From contig JAGVIJ010000066.1 in the NCBI GenBank assembly GCA_020056125.1, positions 1 to 32,141 on the forward strand: 32,141 nt of DNA, given 5' to 3'. Positions 23,640 to 32,141 of the stretch are shown piece after piece. The DNA is from a bacterium (GTDB lineage: Bacteria > Patescibacteriota > Patescibacteriia > 2-12-FULL-60-25). Position 1 is the stretch's first letter; every line of letters begins with the position of its first letter. The position numbers and the translations under genes were made by a program. The notes below the pieces were generated by a model that was not told the origin of the DNA, ran no database searches, and saw nothing but the letters and a program-made list of their open reading frames with translations.

Positions 23640-24665
23640 ATGTCTGACCATGACGAACGGCTGATTGATCCCAAAACCACAGAGGCTGAAGCGGTTTTTG
23701 AATTGTCGCTCCGACCCAAAAGCCTGGATGAATTCATTGGCCAGCCCAAAGTTAAAGAGAATTTAAAAATTTTTCTTGAAGCGGCCAAAGGCCGCAAAGA
23801 GCCTTGCGAACATGTGTTGCTCTATGGCCCGCCGGGCTTGGGCAAAACCACGCTGGCGCATGTGATCGGCAATGAGATGGGCGCGCACATCCGCGTGACC
23901 AGCGGCCCGGCTTTGGAGCGCGTGGGCGATCTGGCCGCGATCTTAACCAACTTGGAGGATGGCGATGTTTTGTTTATCGATGAGATCCACCGCATGAACC
24001 GTTCCATCGAAGAGGTGCTTTATCCGGCCATGGAGGATTACGCGCTGGACATCGTTATCGGCAAAGGTCCGACTGCGCGCACTCTGCGTTTGGATTTGCG
24101 GCGCTTCACCCTGATCGGCGCCACCACGCGCATGTCTTTACTTTCCGCTCCGCTACGCGACCGCTTTGGCGCGATTTATCATTTGGATTTTTACGGCGTG
24201 GATGAGATGACTGATATCGTACGGCGCAGCGCCGGACTCTTAAACATCCCGGTAGAAAATGAAACCGCGCGCATCATTGCCTCGCGCAGCCGCCGCACGC
24301 CGCGCGTAGCCAACCGTCTGCTTAGACGCAGCCGCGACTACGCTCAAGTGCGCGCCGATGGTACACTTAACCCCGAGGTGGTGAATCTGGCGCTCCAAGC
24401 TCTGGCCATTGACTCGCGCGGATTGGATGAGGCTGATCGCTGTATACTCCGCGCCATGATTGAAAAGTTCAGCGGCGGACCGGTCGGACTTTCCACGCTC
24501 GCAGCTTCCACGGCTGAAGATGAATCCACGTTGGAAGAAGTCATCGAACCTTTTCTCTTGCAAGAAGGCCTGATCGATCGCACGCCGCGCGGCCGCACAG
24601 CCACGGATCAGGCTTACCGGCACTTGGGTTTTGAACCGCCTCTCCGCCAAACCCCGCTCATTTAA
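23640..24665 (+). CDS. ruvB: Holliday junction branch migration DNA helicase RuvB
   Basis: [12 protein letters not shown], Walker [10 protein letters not shown], Walker [21 protein letters not shown], and a C-terminal winged helix. Confidence 0.96.
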   Translation: MSDHDERLIDPKTTEAEAVFELSLRPKSLDEFIGQPKVKENLKIFLEAAKGRKEPCEHVLLYGPPGLGKTTLAHVIGNEMGAHIRVTSGPALERVGDLAAILTNLEDGDVLFIDEIHRMNRSIEEVLYPAMEDYALDIVIGKGPTARTLRLDLRRFTLIGATTRMSLLSAPLRDRFGAIYHLDFYGVDEMTDIVRRSAGLLNIPVENETARIIASRSRRTPRVANRLLRRSRDYAQVRADGTLNPEVVNLALQALAIDSRGLDEADRCILRAMIEKFSGGPVGLSTLAASTAEDESTLEEVIEPFLLQEGLIDRTPRGRTATDQAYRHLGFEPPLRQTPLI

Positions 24666-24711
24666 TTCAATGCCAAATGGCATATTGCTAAAACCGAATT
24701 TCCAGGCGCGA

Positions 24712-24739
24712 AATTCGACATTCGATATTCGAAATTCGT
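24712..24739. repeat. Heptamer array: aattcga cattcga tattcga aattcgt
   Basis: Four 7-nt units. The array ends 8 nt upstream of the ATG at 24748. Confidence 0.85.
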
Positions 24740-24747
24740 AACTATTT

Positions 24748-25002
24748 ATGTTTTATCTTTATTACCTTCTCATCCTCTGGATTGTGCTGGTGGCAATTTT
24801 TGTCATCATGTCAGCCTTGAGCATTATGCAAATGTTACGCTTTGGACTATCCGGCGCCGGCACTTATTTCTCCACCTTGATTTTTGTGGCAGTGGGAGCC
24901 GTGATCATTGCCGGTTGCTCGTTCTATTTTGCCACCATTGATTGGAATGCCGCTCTAAACTTCGGCGGCTTAATTCAAGATTCAATTTCAGCACCCTTTT
25001 AA
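24748..25002 (+). CDS. Small hypothetical membrane protein (84 aa)
   Basis: Three hydrophobic helices. It lies directly upstream of the PH-domain protein gene, 2 nt away. Confidence 0.55.
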   Translation: MFYLYYLLILWIVLVAIFVIMSALSIMQMLRFGLSGAGTYFSTLIFVAVGAVIIAGCSFYFATIDWNAALNFGGLIQDSISAPF

Positions 25003-25004
25003 AT

Positions 25005-25544
25005 ATGCTCAATATTAAAAAACTGCCGGGCGCCACTCCGGATGAAAAAGTCGTTCTGGTTTTGCGCCGCCATTGGCTGGTATTGCTGTCACTGATTGTG
25101 ACCGTGGGCATACTTTTGATCTTGCCTATCGGCGCCGTGGTCTTTCTGCATTATTTTAGACCGGATTTTTTTCAAGAGCCTCTGCGCCTATTACTTTTTG
25201 TCATGGGAGCTTCCGTCTTCTTCCTCTACTCTTGGTTGTTTCTCTATCAAAACTTCATTGACTATCATTTGGACACCTGGATCGTGACCAACCGCCGCGT
25301 GATCAATATTGAGCAACACGGAATTTTTGCACGCACGGTTTCGGAGTTAAATTTACAGCGCGTGCAAGATGTAACCGCTGAAATCCGCGGCTTCTTTCAC
25401 ACCATGTTGGACTACGGTTATGTGTTCATTCAAACCGCGGGCGAACAACAAAGATTTGAATTTGAAGAAGTGCCTCATCCCAACGAGGTGGCAAAAATAA
25501 TCTCCGGCCTGGTCCAAGATCGCCGCGAGGTTGAAAACAAGTGA
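25005..25544 (+). CDS. Bacterial PH-domain (bPH_2 / YdbT-like) membrane protein
   Basis: The start is at the ATG at 25005 (MLNIKKLPGATPDEKVVLVLRRHW). Two TM helices are followed by TWIVTNRRVINIEQ...VQDV...GYVFIQTAGE, typical of bPH_2. Confidence 0.65.
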   Translation: MLNIKKLPGATPDEKVVLVLRRHWLVLLSLIVTVGILLILPIGAVVFLHYFRPDFFQEPLRLLLFVMGASVFFLYSWLFLYQNFIDYHLDTWIVTNRRVINIEQHGIFARTVSELNLQRVQDVTAEIRGFFHTMLDYGYVFIQTAGEQQRFEFEEVPHPNEVAKIISGLVQDRREVENK

Positions 25545-25553
25545 CAAATTTTT

Positions 25554-27809
25554 TTATTTATACGCTTGGCGCAATTCAATGCCGCGATAGAAATGTTTTA
25601 AAATTGTATCGTAAGTAGCGCCGTCTTTGGATGCCATATACAAAGCGCCGCGTGCGGATAATCCCACGCCATGTCCCCACAAGGTTTGGCCTTCATCCCA
25701 AGTTACGGGCACTGAAACCAACCACGGGAATCCACTACCGCCCCACACCTCGGTCCAATTGCGCGTGCGCCCATCGGAACGTGAAAAATACGGGGTGATG
25801 GCCAACTTGCCATCGTAAGTTACGATTTGCCCGAAGGTCTGTTTAACGCCCTGTACGATATTCGGACTGCGCGCCTCTTGGCCGTAGCCGCGATACACTT
25901 GATCGTATTTGGCATCCACATGAAAAAATTCATTCGCATGTTTGGTGCCGCGATTCACATGATACAAGGCATAAGTGCGCGCGGCTGCGAGCAAGGCTTT
26001 TTGATATTCCAGCGGACTCACATCTGAAGTCTCGGCAATGCCGTATAGATACTGTTCCAGCAGCAACTCATTGATCACCCAAACTTTGTCCGTGGCCGGA
26101 GTGAAACGCAACTCCAACTTGGCGCGGAATTTATTATCATTGGAACCGGGCAACCAATCAATCGGCCGATTAAAATCCGTAATTTCCAGCGGCGCTAAAC
26201 CATCTTCAGCCTCCAACACATACCAAGTGGTGGATTGGCTGGTGCAACTGGTACCGGAAACTTTATATACGGCGCTGGCACGGACATATCTAACCGTCAC
26301 CTCTTGGTTTTGCGGTATGTGGCAAACCACCTCTCCGTTATTCACCACCTTCATACCGCCTTGAATGCCGCGCACCAACATGGTGTCATCCGTGGTTTCA
26401 AATACGCCCACGCGCATAATCGGCTCTGCAGGCAAGGTGGCCAAATCTCCGGTCAAAGGCAAAGGGCCGGTTACCACCGGACCGTCTACCGGAATGGGTA
26501 CTGAACTTACATAGCCATCAGCCGTTACGGTCACCGGGATTTCCACTTCCCCTCCCTCGATACTTTGTTCGTCGGCGGTCAATTGAAATTTGATCACATA
26601 ATTTCCGCTCTTAGCCGGCGCTTTAAAAGTGTAATTCACAAAACCCAATTCACCGGGCGCGATCGGAGCCGCCACTCTGACCACTTCGGTGCGCGACGGC
26701 CATGATCCGTCATACACATCCGAGGCTGCGCCCAAAGATGGGGCCACGCTCAACAATTTTATGGAACGCACATTCCAAACTAGGGTGCCTGCATTTTTAA
26801 AACCTTGCGTGATGGCGATTCTCTCATTTCCTACGACTCTAAAACTCTCACGAAAAGAATTTAATAATAGAGTTGCCTGATAGGACGAGCCGGCCGCTGA
26901 CGGAGCCGGAACCACCACCGGGTTAGCCATAGTGCTGGTGGCAACCGGCGTCGCAGTTTGGGTTTTGGCTTCTACAGTGATGACAAAAGTCAGCTCCCCA
27001 TCGCGGATCCAAGCCATGTCTTCGGCCGCCAAAGCCAAGGCCTCTTCGTATCTTCCCAGCGCGGTTGCGGGCGCAGTGAATTTCACACGCACAGTTCCAA
27101 CTTGGCCGGATGGCACCTCCTTTTCCACCAAGGTTCCGGTTTGCGAACTGGATTTCCACGAGGCATCTTTAAAAACACTGGTGCGATATTTGGGATTCCA
27201 GGTATAAAAAGAAATAAAATTCGCGCCCGTGCTATACCAAGTTTTCTTGCCCGTGTTTTTTAATTTTACATCTACTGTGGTTTGCACGCCGGATTGCATC
27301 TTCACGGCCAACACGCTCTTATCTACGAGTTCAGCTTGATAATTATAAAGCGCGGGCTTGGTCACGGTAAAAGTTACGGGCACCACCGAACCCTTGATCC
27401 ATAAATTCGAACCGTAAGACAATAAAAATCTTTCTTGATATTCCCCGACCGTGGACGGCGCCTTAACATAAAATGAAGCGCTGGCCATTTGCCCGGGTGG
27501 GACGCTGGCTGGCTCGATCACGGCCGGCAAATCTTTTCTGAGCCAGGTAGTGTGGCTTAATACCGACGAACTGCCATACAAATAAACCGCTACCTTATCC
27601 TGACCCGCGATCCAGGTTTTGGTTCCAACATTTTTAAATTTCAAAGTAACTAATTTAATTTGATCCGTAGCCATGGTTACAGCCCCGCTCGTCACCTCGG
27701 CCGCATACGGCAAAGTCACAGCCGCCGCCGGCTTAATACAAAACAAACTGCTGACAAAAATGAGCACTAAAATTTTGAGACCTCGGCTCATACGCCTCAT
27801 AGAATACAA
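25554..27809 (-). CDS. SpoIID/LytB domain protein with N-terminal Ig-like (NBR1-like) repeats
   Basis: Signal peptide, then about four repeats of the pattern (V)xLKFKNxGxxxW...YxxxFxLxxE. The C-terminal SpoIID region is ALLAAARTYALYH...YFSRSDGRTRNWTEVWG...GHGVGLSARGA. Confidence 0.85.
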   Translation of the reverse strand: MYSMRRMSRGLKILVLIFVSSLFCIKPAAAVTLPYAAEVTSGAVTMATDQIKLVTLKFKNVGTKTWIAGQDKVAVYLYGSSSVLSHTTWLRKDLPAVIEPASVPPGQMASASFYVKAPSTVGEYQERFLLSYGSNLWIKGSVVPVTFTVTKPALYNYQAELVDKSVLAVKMQSGVQTTVDVKLKNTGKKTWYSTGANFISFYTWNPKYRTSVFKDASWKSSSQTGTLVEKEVPSGQVGTVRVKFTAPATALGRYEEALALAAEDMAWIRDGELTFVITVEAKTQTATPVATSTMANPVVVPAPSAAGSSYQATLLLNSFRESFRVVGNERIAITQGFKNAGTLVWNVRSIKLLSVAPSLGAASDVYDGSWPSRTEVVRVAAPIAPGELGFVNYTFKAPAKSGNYVIKFQLTADEQSIEGGEVEIPVTVTADGYVSSVPIPVDGPVVTGPLPLTGDLATLPAEPIMRVGVFETTDDTMLVRGIQGGMKVVNNGEVVCHIPQNQEVTVRYVRASAVYKVSGTSCTSQSTTWYVLEAEDGLAPLEITDFNRPIDWLPGSNDNKFRAKLELRFTPATDKVWVINELLLEQYLYGIAETSDVSPLEYQKALLAAARTYALYHVNRGTKHANEFFHVDAKYDQVYRGYGQEARSPNIVQGVKQTFGQIVTYDGKLAITPYFSRSDGRTRNWTEVWGGSGFPWLVSVPVTWDEGQTLWGHGVGLSARGALYMASKDGATYDTILKHFYRGIELRQAYK

Positions 27810-27857
27810 TCATTTCCCAAATCTGTGAATCGCCATGTTTTATGCTAAACTATCCGC

Positions 27858-29321
27858 ATGTCTTTAGCGCGCATTTTAGCGGTAAACACCGGCGTGCAGT
27901 TTGTCGGCAAAATCATCTCCACCATCCTGGGTATTTTTGTGGTGGCTATCATGACGCGCCATCTGGGCCAAGAGGGTTTTGGTATGTACTCCACAGCCAA
28001 TGCCTTTTTGCAATTCTTCGCCATCCTTTTAGATCTCGGCCTGAACGTCATGGTGGTGCAAATGTTGGGCGAACGCGCGGGCGATAAAAAATATGAAAAT
28101 CGCGTGGTGAGCGCCACCTTTACGCTCCGCGCCATCACGGCCTTCATTATCCTAAGCGCCGCGCCCATTATTGGTTTGGCTTTTCCTTATGCGCCCGAAC
28201 TTAAAATCGCACTCTTCGCTATTTGGGCATCATTCTTTACCACGGCCTTAAACCAAATCGTGATCGGCGTGCAACAGCGCCATCTCAAAATGCATGTGGT
28301 GGCTGTGAGCGAAGTGGTGGGCCGCTCAATTCTTTTGGGCGGCGTGATTTTAGCCAGCGTTTTAGGCTGGGGTCTGGTGCCCATAGTTTTGATTGTCTCC
28401 GTAGGCAGTACCATCAATTTTTTAATCAACTTTTTGATTGCGCGAGGCTACGCCGCATTTAAGTGGAACGTGGATTTCGCGTTTTGGAAAATTGTACTCA
28501 AGCGCAGTTGGCCCATTGGTTTGGCCATCGTGTTTAATCTGCTCTACTTCAAAGCCGATACCTTAATTTTGTCGTTGGTTCGCTCGCAATCTGAAGTTGG
28601 CATTTACGGCGCAGCTTATCGCGTGCTGGAAATTTTAGTCACTTTGCCTTTTATGTACGCGGGCGTGCTCTTACCCATCATTGCCAAATCTTGGGCCACC
28701 GGTGATCGCGAACGCTATTCTCGGCTCCTCTCCAATTCTCTGAACGCCATGATGCTTATGGCCGCTCCGCTCGTAGCCGGAACTTTGGTTTTAGCTCACC
28801 GCGGCATGGTGCTGGTGGCAGGTAATGAGTTCACGCTGTCCGGGGATGTATTGCGTATTTTGGTCTTGGCCGTAGGCGCGATTTTCTTTAGCACCATTTC
28901 TTCTTACGGCATCGTGGCTCTGGATGCACAGAAAAAAATGCTGCCCATCTATGTGGCAGTGGCTCTGATAACACTCGTGGGCTATATCATTTTCATTCCA
29001 ACTTACGGCATGTGGGCGGCCGCGTGGTTAACCGTGTTCTCTGAATCTTGCGTGGCGCTTGGAGCCACAATTATGTGCCTCAAACTCTCCGGCGCGCGCT
29101 GGCATCCGCTCCCCTCTTTTAAGGCCCTCTTGTCAGCTGTGGCCATGGGCTTTATACTTTGGCCGCTCAAAGATTTACCTTTGATCTTCTCCTTCCTCAT
29201 CGGCGCACTGGTTTATTTTTTACTGGTCGTGGCCACGCGCGCGGTTTCCAAAGAGACTTTGCGCGAAATAATTTCCGTTCGCCATGCCGTCCCGCCTAAA
29301 TTAGACAATCCACTTCAATAA
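27858..29321 (+). CDS. Oligosaccharide flippase family protein (MOP superfamily, Wzx/MurJ-like)
   Basis: About 14 TM helices and an N-terminus ...NTGVQFVGKIISTILGIFVVAIMTRHLGQEGFGMYS, typical of polysaccharide biosynthesis flippases. Confidence 0.8.
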   Translation: MSLARILAVNTGVQFVGKIISTILGIFVVAIMTRHLGQEGFGMYSTANAFLQFFAILLDLGLNVMVVQMLGERAGDKKYENRVVSATFTLRAITAFIILSAAPIIGLAFPYAPELKIALFAIWASFFTTALNQIVIGVQQRHLKMHVVAVSEVVGRSILLGGVILASVLGWGLVPIVLIVSVGSTINFLINFLIARGYAAFKWNVDFAFWKIVLKRSWPIGLAIVFNLLYFKADTLILSLVRSQSEVGIYGAAYRVLEILVTLPFMYAGVLLPIIAKSWATGDRERYSRLLSNSLNAMMLMAAPLVAGTLVLAHRGMVLVAGNEFTLSGDVLRILVLAVGAIFFSTISSYGIVALDAQKKMLPIYVAVALITLVGYIIFIPTYGMWAAAWLTVFSESCVALGATIMCLKLSGARWHPLPSFKALLSAVAMGFILWPLKDLPLIFSFLIGALVYFLLVVATRAVSKETLREIISVRHAVPPKLDNPLQ

Positions 29322-29326
29322 TCCTT

Positions 29327-29354
29327 AACTCGAAATTCGATATTCGATATTCGT
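29327..29354. repeat. Heptamer array: aactcga aattcga tattcga tattcgt
   Basis: Four 7-nt units. It is a near copy of 24712-24739 in the same orientation, and ends 5 nt upstream of the pdaD ATG. Confidence 0.85.
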
Positions 29355-29359
29355 AAAAT

Positions 29360-29902
29360 ATGGTTCCAACAAAAATCTTCTTTACCAAAGGCGTGGGTCG
29401 GCATAAAGATCAGCTGACCGCCTTTGAGCTCGCTTTGCGCGACGCCGGTGTGTCGGCATGTAATTTGGTAAATGTCTCTTCAATCTTTCCGGCGGGCTGC
29501 AGGCGCGTCACTAAAGAGGAAGGTTTAAAACTTTTAACCCCGGGTCAAATTACTTTTGCGGTCATGGCTCGGCAAACCACCAATGAACCCAACCGGCTGA
29601 TCGCTTCATCCATCGGCGTAGCTCTGCCGGCTGATCCCGGACATCACGGTTATCTATCTGAACATCATCCGTTTGGAGAGACAGATGAAAAAGCCGGAGA
29701 CTATGCTGAAGATTTGGCCGCCACCATGTTAGCCACACTCTTGGGCTTGGATTTTAATTCCGACACCTCATGGGATGAACGCGAACAGCAATACAAAGCC
29801 TCGGGTAAAATCATCAAAACTTTTAACATCACGCAATCCGCTCAAGGCGATAAAAACGGACTTTGGACCACAGTCGTAGCGTTGGCCATTTTGTTGCCAT
29901 AA
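29360..29902 (+). CDS. pdaD: Pyruvoyl-dependent arginine decarboxylase
   Basis: [41 protein letters not shown], with the Ser-Ser self-cleavage site typical of PvlArgDC. Confidence 0.85.
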   Translation: MVPTKIFFTKGVGRHKDQLTAFELALRDAGVSACNLVNVSSIFPAGCRRVTKEEGLKLLTPGQITFAVMARQTTNEPNRLIASSIGVALPADPGHHGYLSEHHPFGETDEKAGDYAEDLAATMLATLLGLDFNSDTSWDEREQQYKASGKIIKTFNITQSAQGDKNGLWTTVVALAILLP

Positions 29903-29935
29903 CCCAGGTGGTAGATTTTTAAATCCGGCTAAACT

Positions 29936-31168
29936 GTGTTGCGCTTAATTTTGATTCTTTTACCGCTCGTTCTGCCGACTTATGTCGTGCGTTTTAAAGT
30001 CGGTTCTCTGCCCACCACGCTGTTGGAAATTTTTGTATTTCTTTTCCTCGCAGTCTGGACATACCAACGCGGCATTAAAGGATGGAAAAACGGATGTGCG
30101 CAACTCTGCTCGCAAAAATGGCTTTGGCCGCTGGCCGCGTGGCTGGTTGTTGGCGCCCTGGGAATTTTCATTGCGCCTGATCACTTGGCTGCGCTCGGCT
30201 TGTGGCGCGCTTATTTTTTAGAACCGATTTTGATCTTTGTCCTGTTGGCTGACCTGATTAAAACAGATGGCGACAAACGTTTACTCATCCGCTCTTTAAT
30301 CTTCATCAATATTTTTGTGGCGCTCTGGGCCGCATTCCAATTTTTCACCGGATTGGGAATCCCCTCGCCTTGGAACGCGCTACCGGCCGGTATCCGCGCC
30401 ACCGGGCCATTCCCTTATCCCAATGCTCTGGCTCTGTTTGCGGTTCCCATCTCCGCCCTCTGCTTCTACCTTGCAATGCAATGTCAAACCATTCGATATT
30501 CGAAATTCGCCTGCCTTGCCGGCAGGCAGGATATTCGAAATTCGATATTGTGGCTTGGATTCCTAAGCGGCCTGGCCGCGACCCTGCTAGCCAAAAGCGA
30601 TGGCGGCTTAATCGCGCTCATAGCCGCAGTCTTGATCACTCTGATCCTCAAACGCCGCACCAGACTCCCGGCTATCATCATAGCCATACTCATCGGAATT
30701 TTACTTTGCTCTATTCCAGTTGTGCGCAACACCGTCTCACAAAAAATATTTTTTAAAGATTGGTCAGGTCAAGTGCGTCTGGTCATGTGGCAGGAGACAG
30801 CCGCCATGTTAAAAAACCGACCCATTTTCGGCGCCGGACTGGGTGCGTATCCTGATGTCATCCAACCCTATCACCAAGCAACGTGGATGGAGATCTTTCA
30901 ATATCCGCACAACATTCTTTTGAATCTTTGGTCAGAGGTTGGCTTGCTCGGCATACTGGCTTTCACCTGGTTGCTCGTCCTCTGGATTAAACGCGGCGGA
31001 CTGATCGCATTGCCCATCCTGGCCGCGCTCTTGATTCAGGGTTTAGTGGATGTGCCTTATTTCAAAAACGACCTGGCCATTTTATTTTGGATTTTAATGG
31101 CCGTGACTCTTTCAGCGCACAAAATTACGGCTGGAGAATATCCTCGGTGCGACCATCAATCGAAATAA
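29936..31168 (+). CDS. O-antigen ligase family (Wzy_C) membrane protein
   Basis: Multi-TM protein. The Wzy_C-like core is LLAKSDGGLIALIAAV...GAGLGAY...YPHNILLNLWSEVGLLG. The GTG/TTG start is approximate. Confidence 0.75.
   Translation: MLRLILILLPLVLPTYVVRFKVGSLPTTLLEIFVFLFLAVWTYQRGIKGWKNGCAQLCSQKWLWPLAAWLVVGALGIFIAPDHLAALGLWRAYFLEPILIFVLLADLIKTDGDKRLLIRSLIFINIFVALWAAFQFFTGLGIPSPWNALPAGIRATGPFPYPNALALFAVPISALCFYLAMQCQTIRYSKFACLAGRQDIRNSILWLGFLSGLAATLLAKSDGGLIALIAAVLITLILKRRTRLPAIIIAILIGILLCSIPVVRNTVSQKIFFKDWSGQVRLVMWQETAAMLKNRPIFGAGLGAYPDVIQPYHQATWMEIFQYPHNILLNLWSEVGLLGILAFTWLLVLWIKRGGLIALPILAALLIQGLVDVPYFKNDLAILFWILMAVTLSAHKITAGEYPRCDHQSK
30490..30552. repeat. Composite insert: 3 heptamers (cattcga tattcga aattcgc), a hairpin (ctgcc..ggcag), then 3 heptamers (tattcga aattcga tattgtg), in frame in the ligase gene
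   Basis: Read directly from the sequence. It is 63 nt (21 codons) and translates as IRYSKFACLAGRQDIRNSILW. The central cctgcct/aggcagg stem has 7 bp. Confidence 0.85.
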
Positions 31169-31322
31169 TCACGTTGTCCACGCTGGAGAATTGTTTGAGT
31201 GTTTCTATAATTTGCGCGCGGATGGCTGACACGCGGCACGAACCGCCCACTGCCCGCTCCAACTCCGTATCAAATGCCGCATACGCCGTGCGGTTTTCAA
31301 TTTTTAACGACTCTACTTTCAC
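31125..31322 (-). CDS. GerMN-like domain fragment or small protein
   Basis: The pattern IENRTAYAAFDTEL...GGS.....RAQIIETLKQFSSVDNVIISIDG resembles the GerMN consensus. Its GTG start overlaps the upstream TGA (GTGA). It overlaps the 3' end of the ligase ORF convergently by 44 nt. Confidence 0.45.
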   Translation of the reverse strand: MKVESLKIENRTAYAAFDTELERAVGGSCRVSAIRAQIIETLKQFSSVDNVIISIDGRTEDILQP

Positions 31323-31696
31323 ACCAGGATTGATGGATTATCTTTTATCAAAATCAACTCTGCTTCCTGTTCTTTGTCCGAAGCAAAAATGAGCGAGGCG
31401 GTAAAAGGCACAAAATCCTCGGTCATCCAATCGCTTTGCGCCGTGGCTATACCCGCCGCGATTTCTACACCGGCCTTATCAACTAGACGCACCGGAAAAG
31501 AAGCTTCAAAAAACCAAGTGCCGCGCGCCTGGCCAGTGATCATGAGCGGACTTTGCACGCTCTGACCCGAGGTCGGACTCTGCACCCGAATCATGGAATC
31601 TAACTCCTCTGCGGGCTTAAGTAATCTAACTGCAAAAATTCCAACACAGACTAAAACAATCACCGTCAAAATACTCCATAATATTTTTTTGTTCAT
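31319..31696 (-). CDS. Gmad2 Ig-like domain protein with an N-terminal TM anchor
   Basis: The start is at the ATG at 31696 (MNKKILWSILTVIVLV). IRVQSPTSGQSVQSPLMITGQARGTWFFEASFPVRLVD..G matches the Gmad2 pattern. Confidence 0.6.
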   Translation of the reverse strand: MNKKILWSILTVIVLVCVGIFAVRLLKPAEELDSMIRVQSPTSGQSVQSPLMITGQARGTWFFEASFPVRLVDKAGVEIAAGIATAQSDWMTEDFVPFTASLIFASDKEQEAELILIKDNPSILV

Positions 31697-31754
31697 ATAA
31701 AGCCATCTTAATCCAACTCGCTTGGAAAGTGAAGCGCTCCCGCATAAAAACAAT

Positions 31755-31890
31755 CTCCCCCTTAGGTTAAGGGGGAGCACGAGGGGGTTAGCCTAAATGA
31801 TTGTAAGGTGTGGGTTCTAACCCCTCCACCCTCCCCCGTAGAGGGGCGTGGCCCCACGGGGCTTTACGCCCTTAATCTAAGGGGAGGAAT
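31755..31890. repeat. GC-rich multi-hairpin region (C-run/G-run clamp hairpins)
   Basis: Hairpins are ctccccctta-ggt-taagggggag, gagggggttag...ctaacccctc, ggcgt-ggccccacggggcttt-acgcc, and ccctta-atc-taaggg. ccaccctcccc is shared, inverted, with 245-255. Confidence 0.55.
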
Positions 31891-31994
31891 GGATAGCATG
31901 TTAATGTTAAAATGTGGGTTAGATGCCTGAACTTGATTTTTTCTTAAAAATCAGCTACTTTGCTCTCACTCAATCGCTTATTCCGCAATATCGT

Positions 31995-32084
31995 GGAGGG
32001 GTGTCAGAGTGGTCGAATGAGCCGGACTCGAAATCCGGTGTACTCGAAAGAGTACCGTGAGTTCGAATCTCACCCCCTCCGCCA
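31995..32084 (+). tRNA. tRNA-Ser(CGA)
   Basis: Acceptor ggagggg/cccctcc, anticodon arm ccgga-ctCGAaa-tccgg, long variable arm gtactc-gaaa-gagtac, T-arm gtgag-ttcgaat-ctcac, and an encoded CCA. Confidence 0.9.
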
Positions 32085-32141
32085 TGTTGCAGAATCTATT
32101 CCATAAGGATGCCGTGAGTTCGCCCCGTCATTCGACGGGGC

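Noticed and set aside
32085-32141. The 11-nt repeat of the tRNA-Ser T-arm region (ccgtgagttcg at 32055-32065 and 32112-32122), considered as an att-like integration scar.
   Set aside because: Only 11 nt match, the window ends 19 nt later, and no integrase is present. The adjacent ccccgtc-attc-gacgggg hairpin is noted under the GC-hairpin family instead.
1-32141. CRISPR arrays, rRNA genes, transposases or integrases.
   Set aside because: No direct repeats of 24-40 nt separated by unique spacers are present; the heptamer arrays are contiguous 28-32 nt blocks. No rRNA-like sequence and no DDE or tyrosine/serine recombinase motifs were seen in any ORF.

Overview
This looks like a metagenome contig: bases 1-17 are an Illumina adapter remnant. 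The gene content suggests a Patescibacteria/CPR-like bacterium using the standard genetic code, though that assignment is inference only.

Core genes:
- a MacAB-like ABC efflux operon
- an NlpC/P60 peptidase, leuS and a 2OG-Fe(II) oxygenase
- lexA
- a lamin-tail-domain surface protein with a neighbouring lipoprotein
- a coiled-coil repeat protein and polX
- a DUF4153-like membrane protein
- rarA and ruvB
- an envelope block: SpoIID-like protein, Wzx-like flippase, pdaD, O-antigen-ligase-like protein and Gmad2/GerMN-like proteins
- tRNA-Gly(GCC), tRNA-Leu(UAA) and tRNA-Ser(CGA)

A low-GC accessory island spans about 8.26-14.6 kb. It holds a 5mC methyltransferase, putative restriction endonuclease and vsr cassette sitting between the N- and C-terminal remnants of a type IIG/Eco57I-like gene. 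It also holds a candidate HEPN protein, a DUF3800 protein, a membrane protein and a DUF3892-like protein.

The most unusual signal is a family of 28-32 nt arrays, each built from about 4-4.5 copies of a 7-nt unit:
- as an inverted pair around a four-helix-bundle (Avd/23S-IVS family) gene lodged between a promoter and lexA
- twice in frame in leuS
- directly upstream of two start codons
- as a pair around a hairpin, in frame in the O-antigen-ligase-like gene

A second family of C-run/G-run clamp hairpins occurs intercistronically, in frame in leuS, and upstream of tRNA-Ser. All homology calls come from motif recognition by eye; no searches were run.
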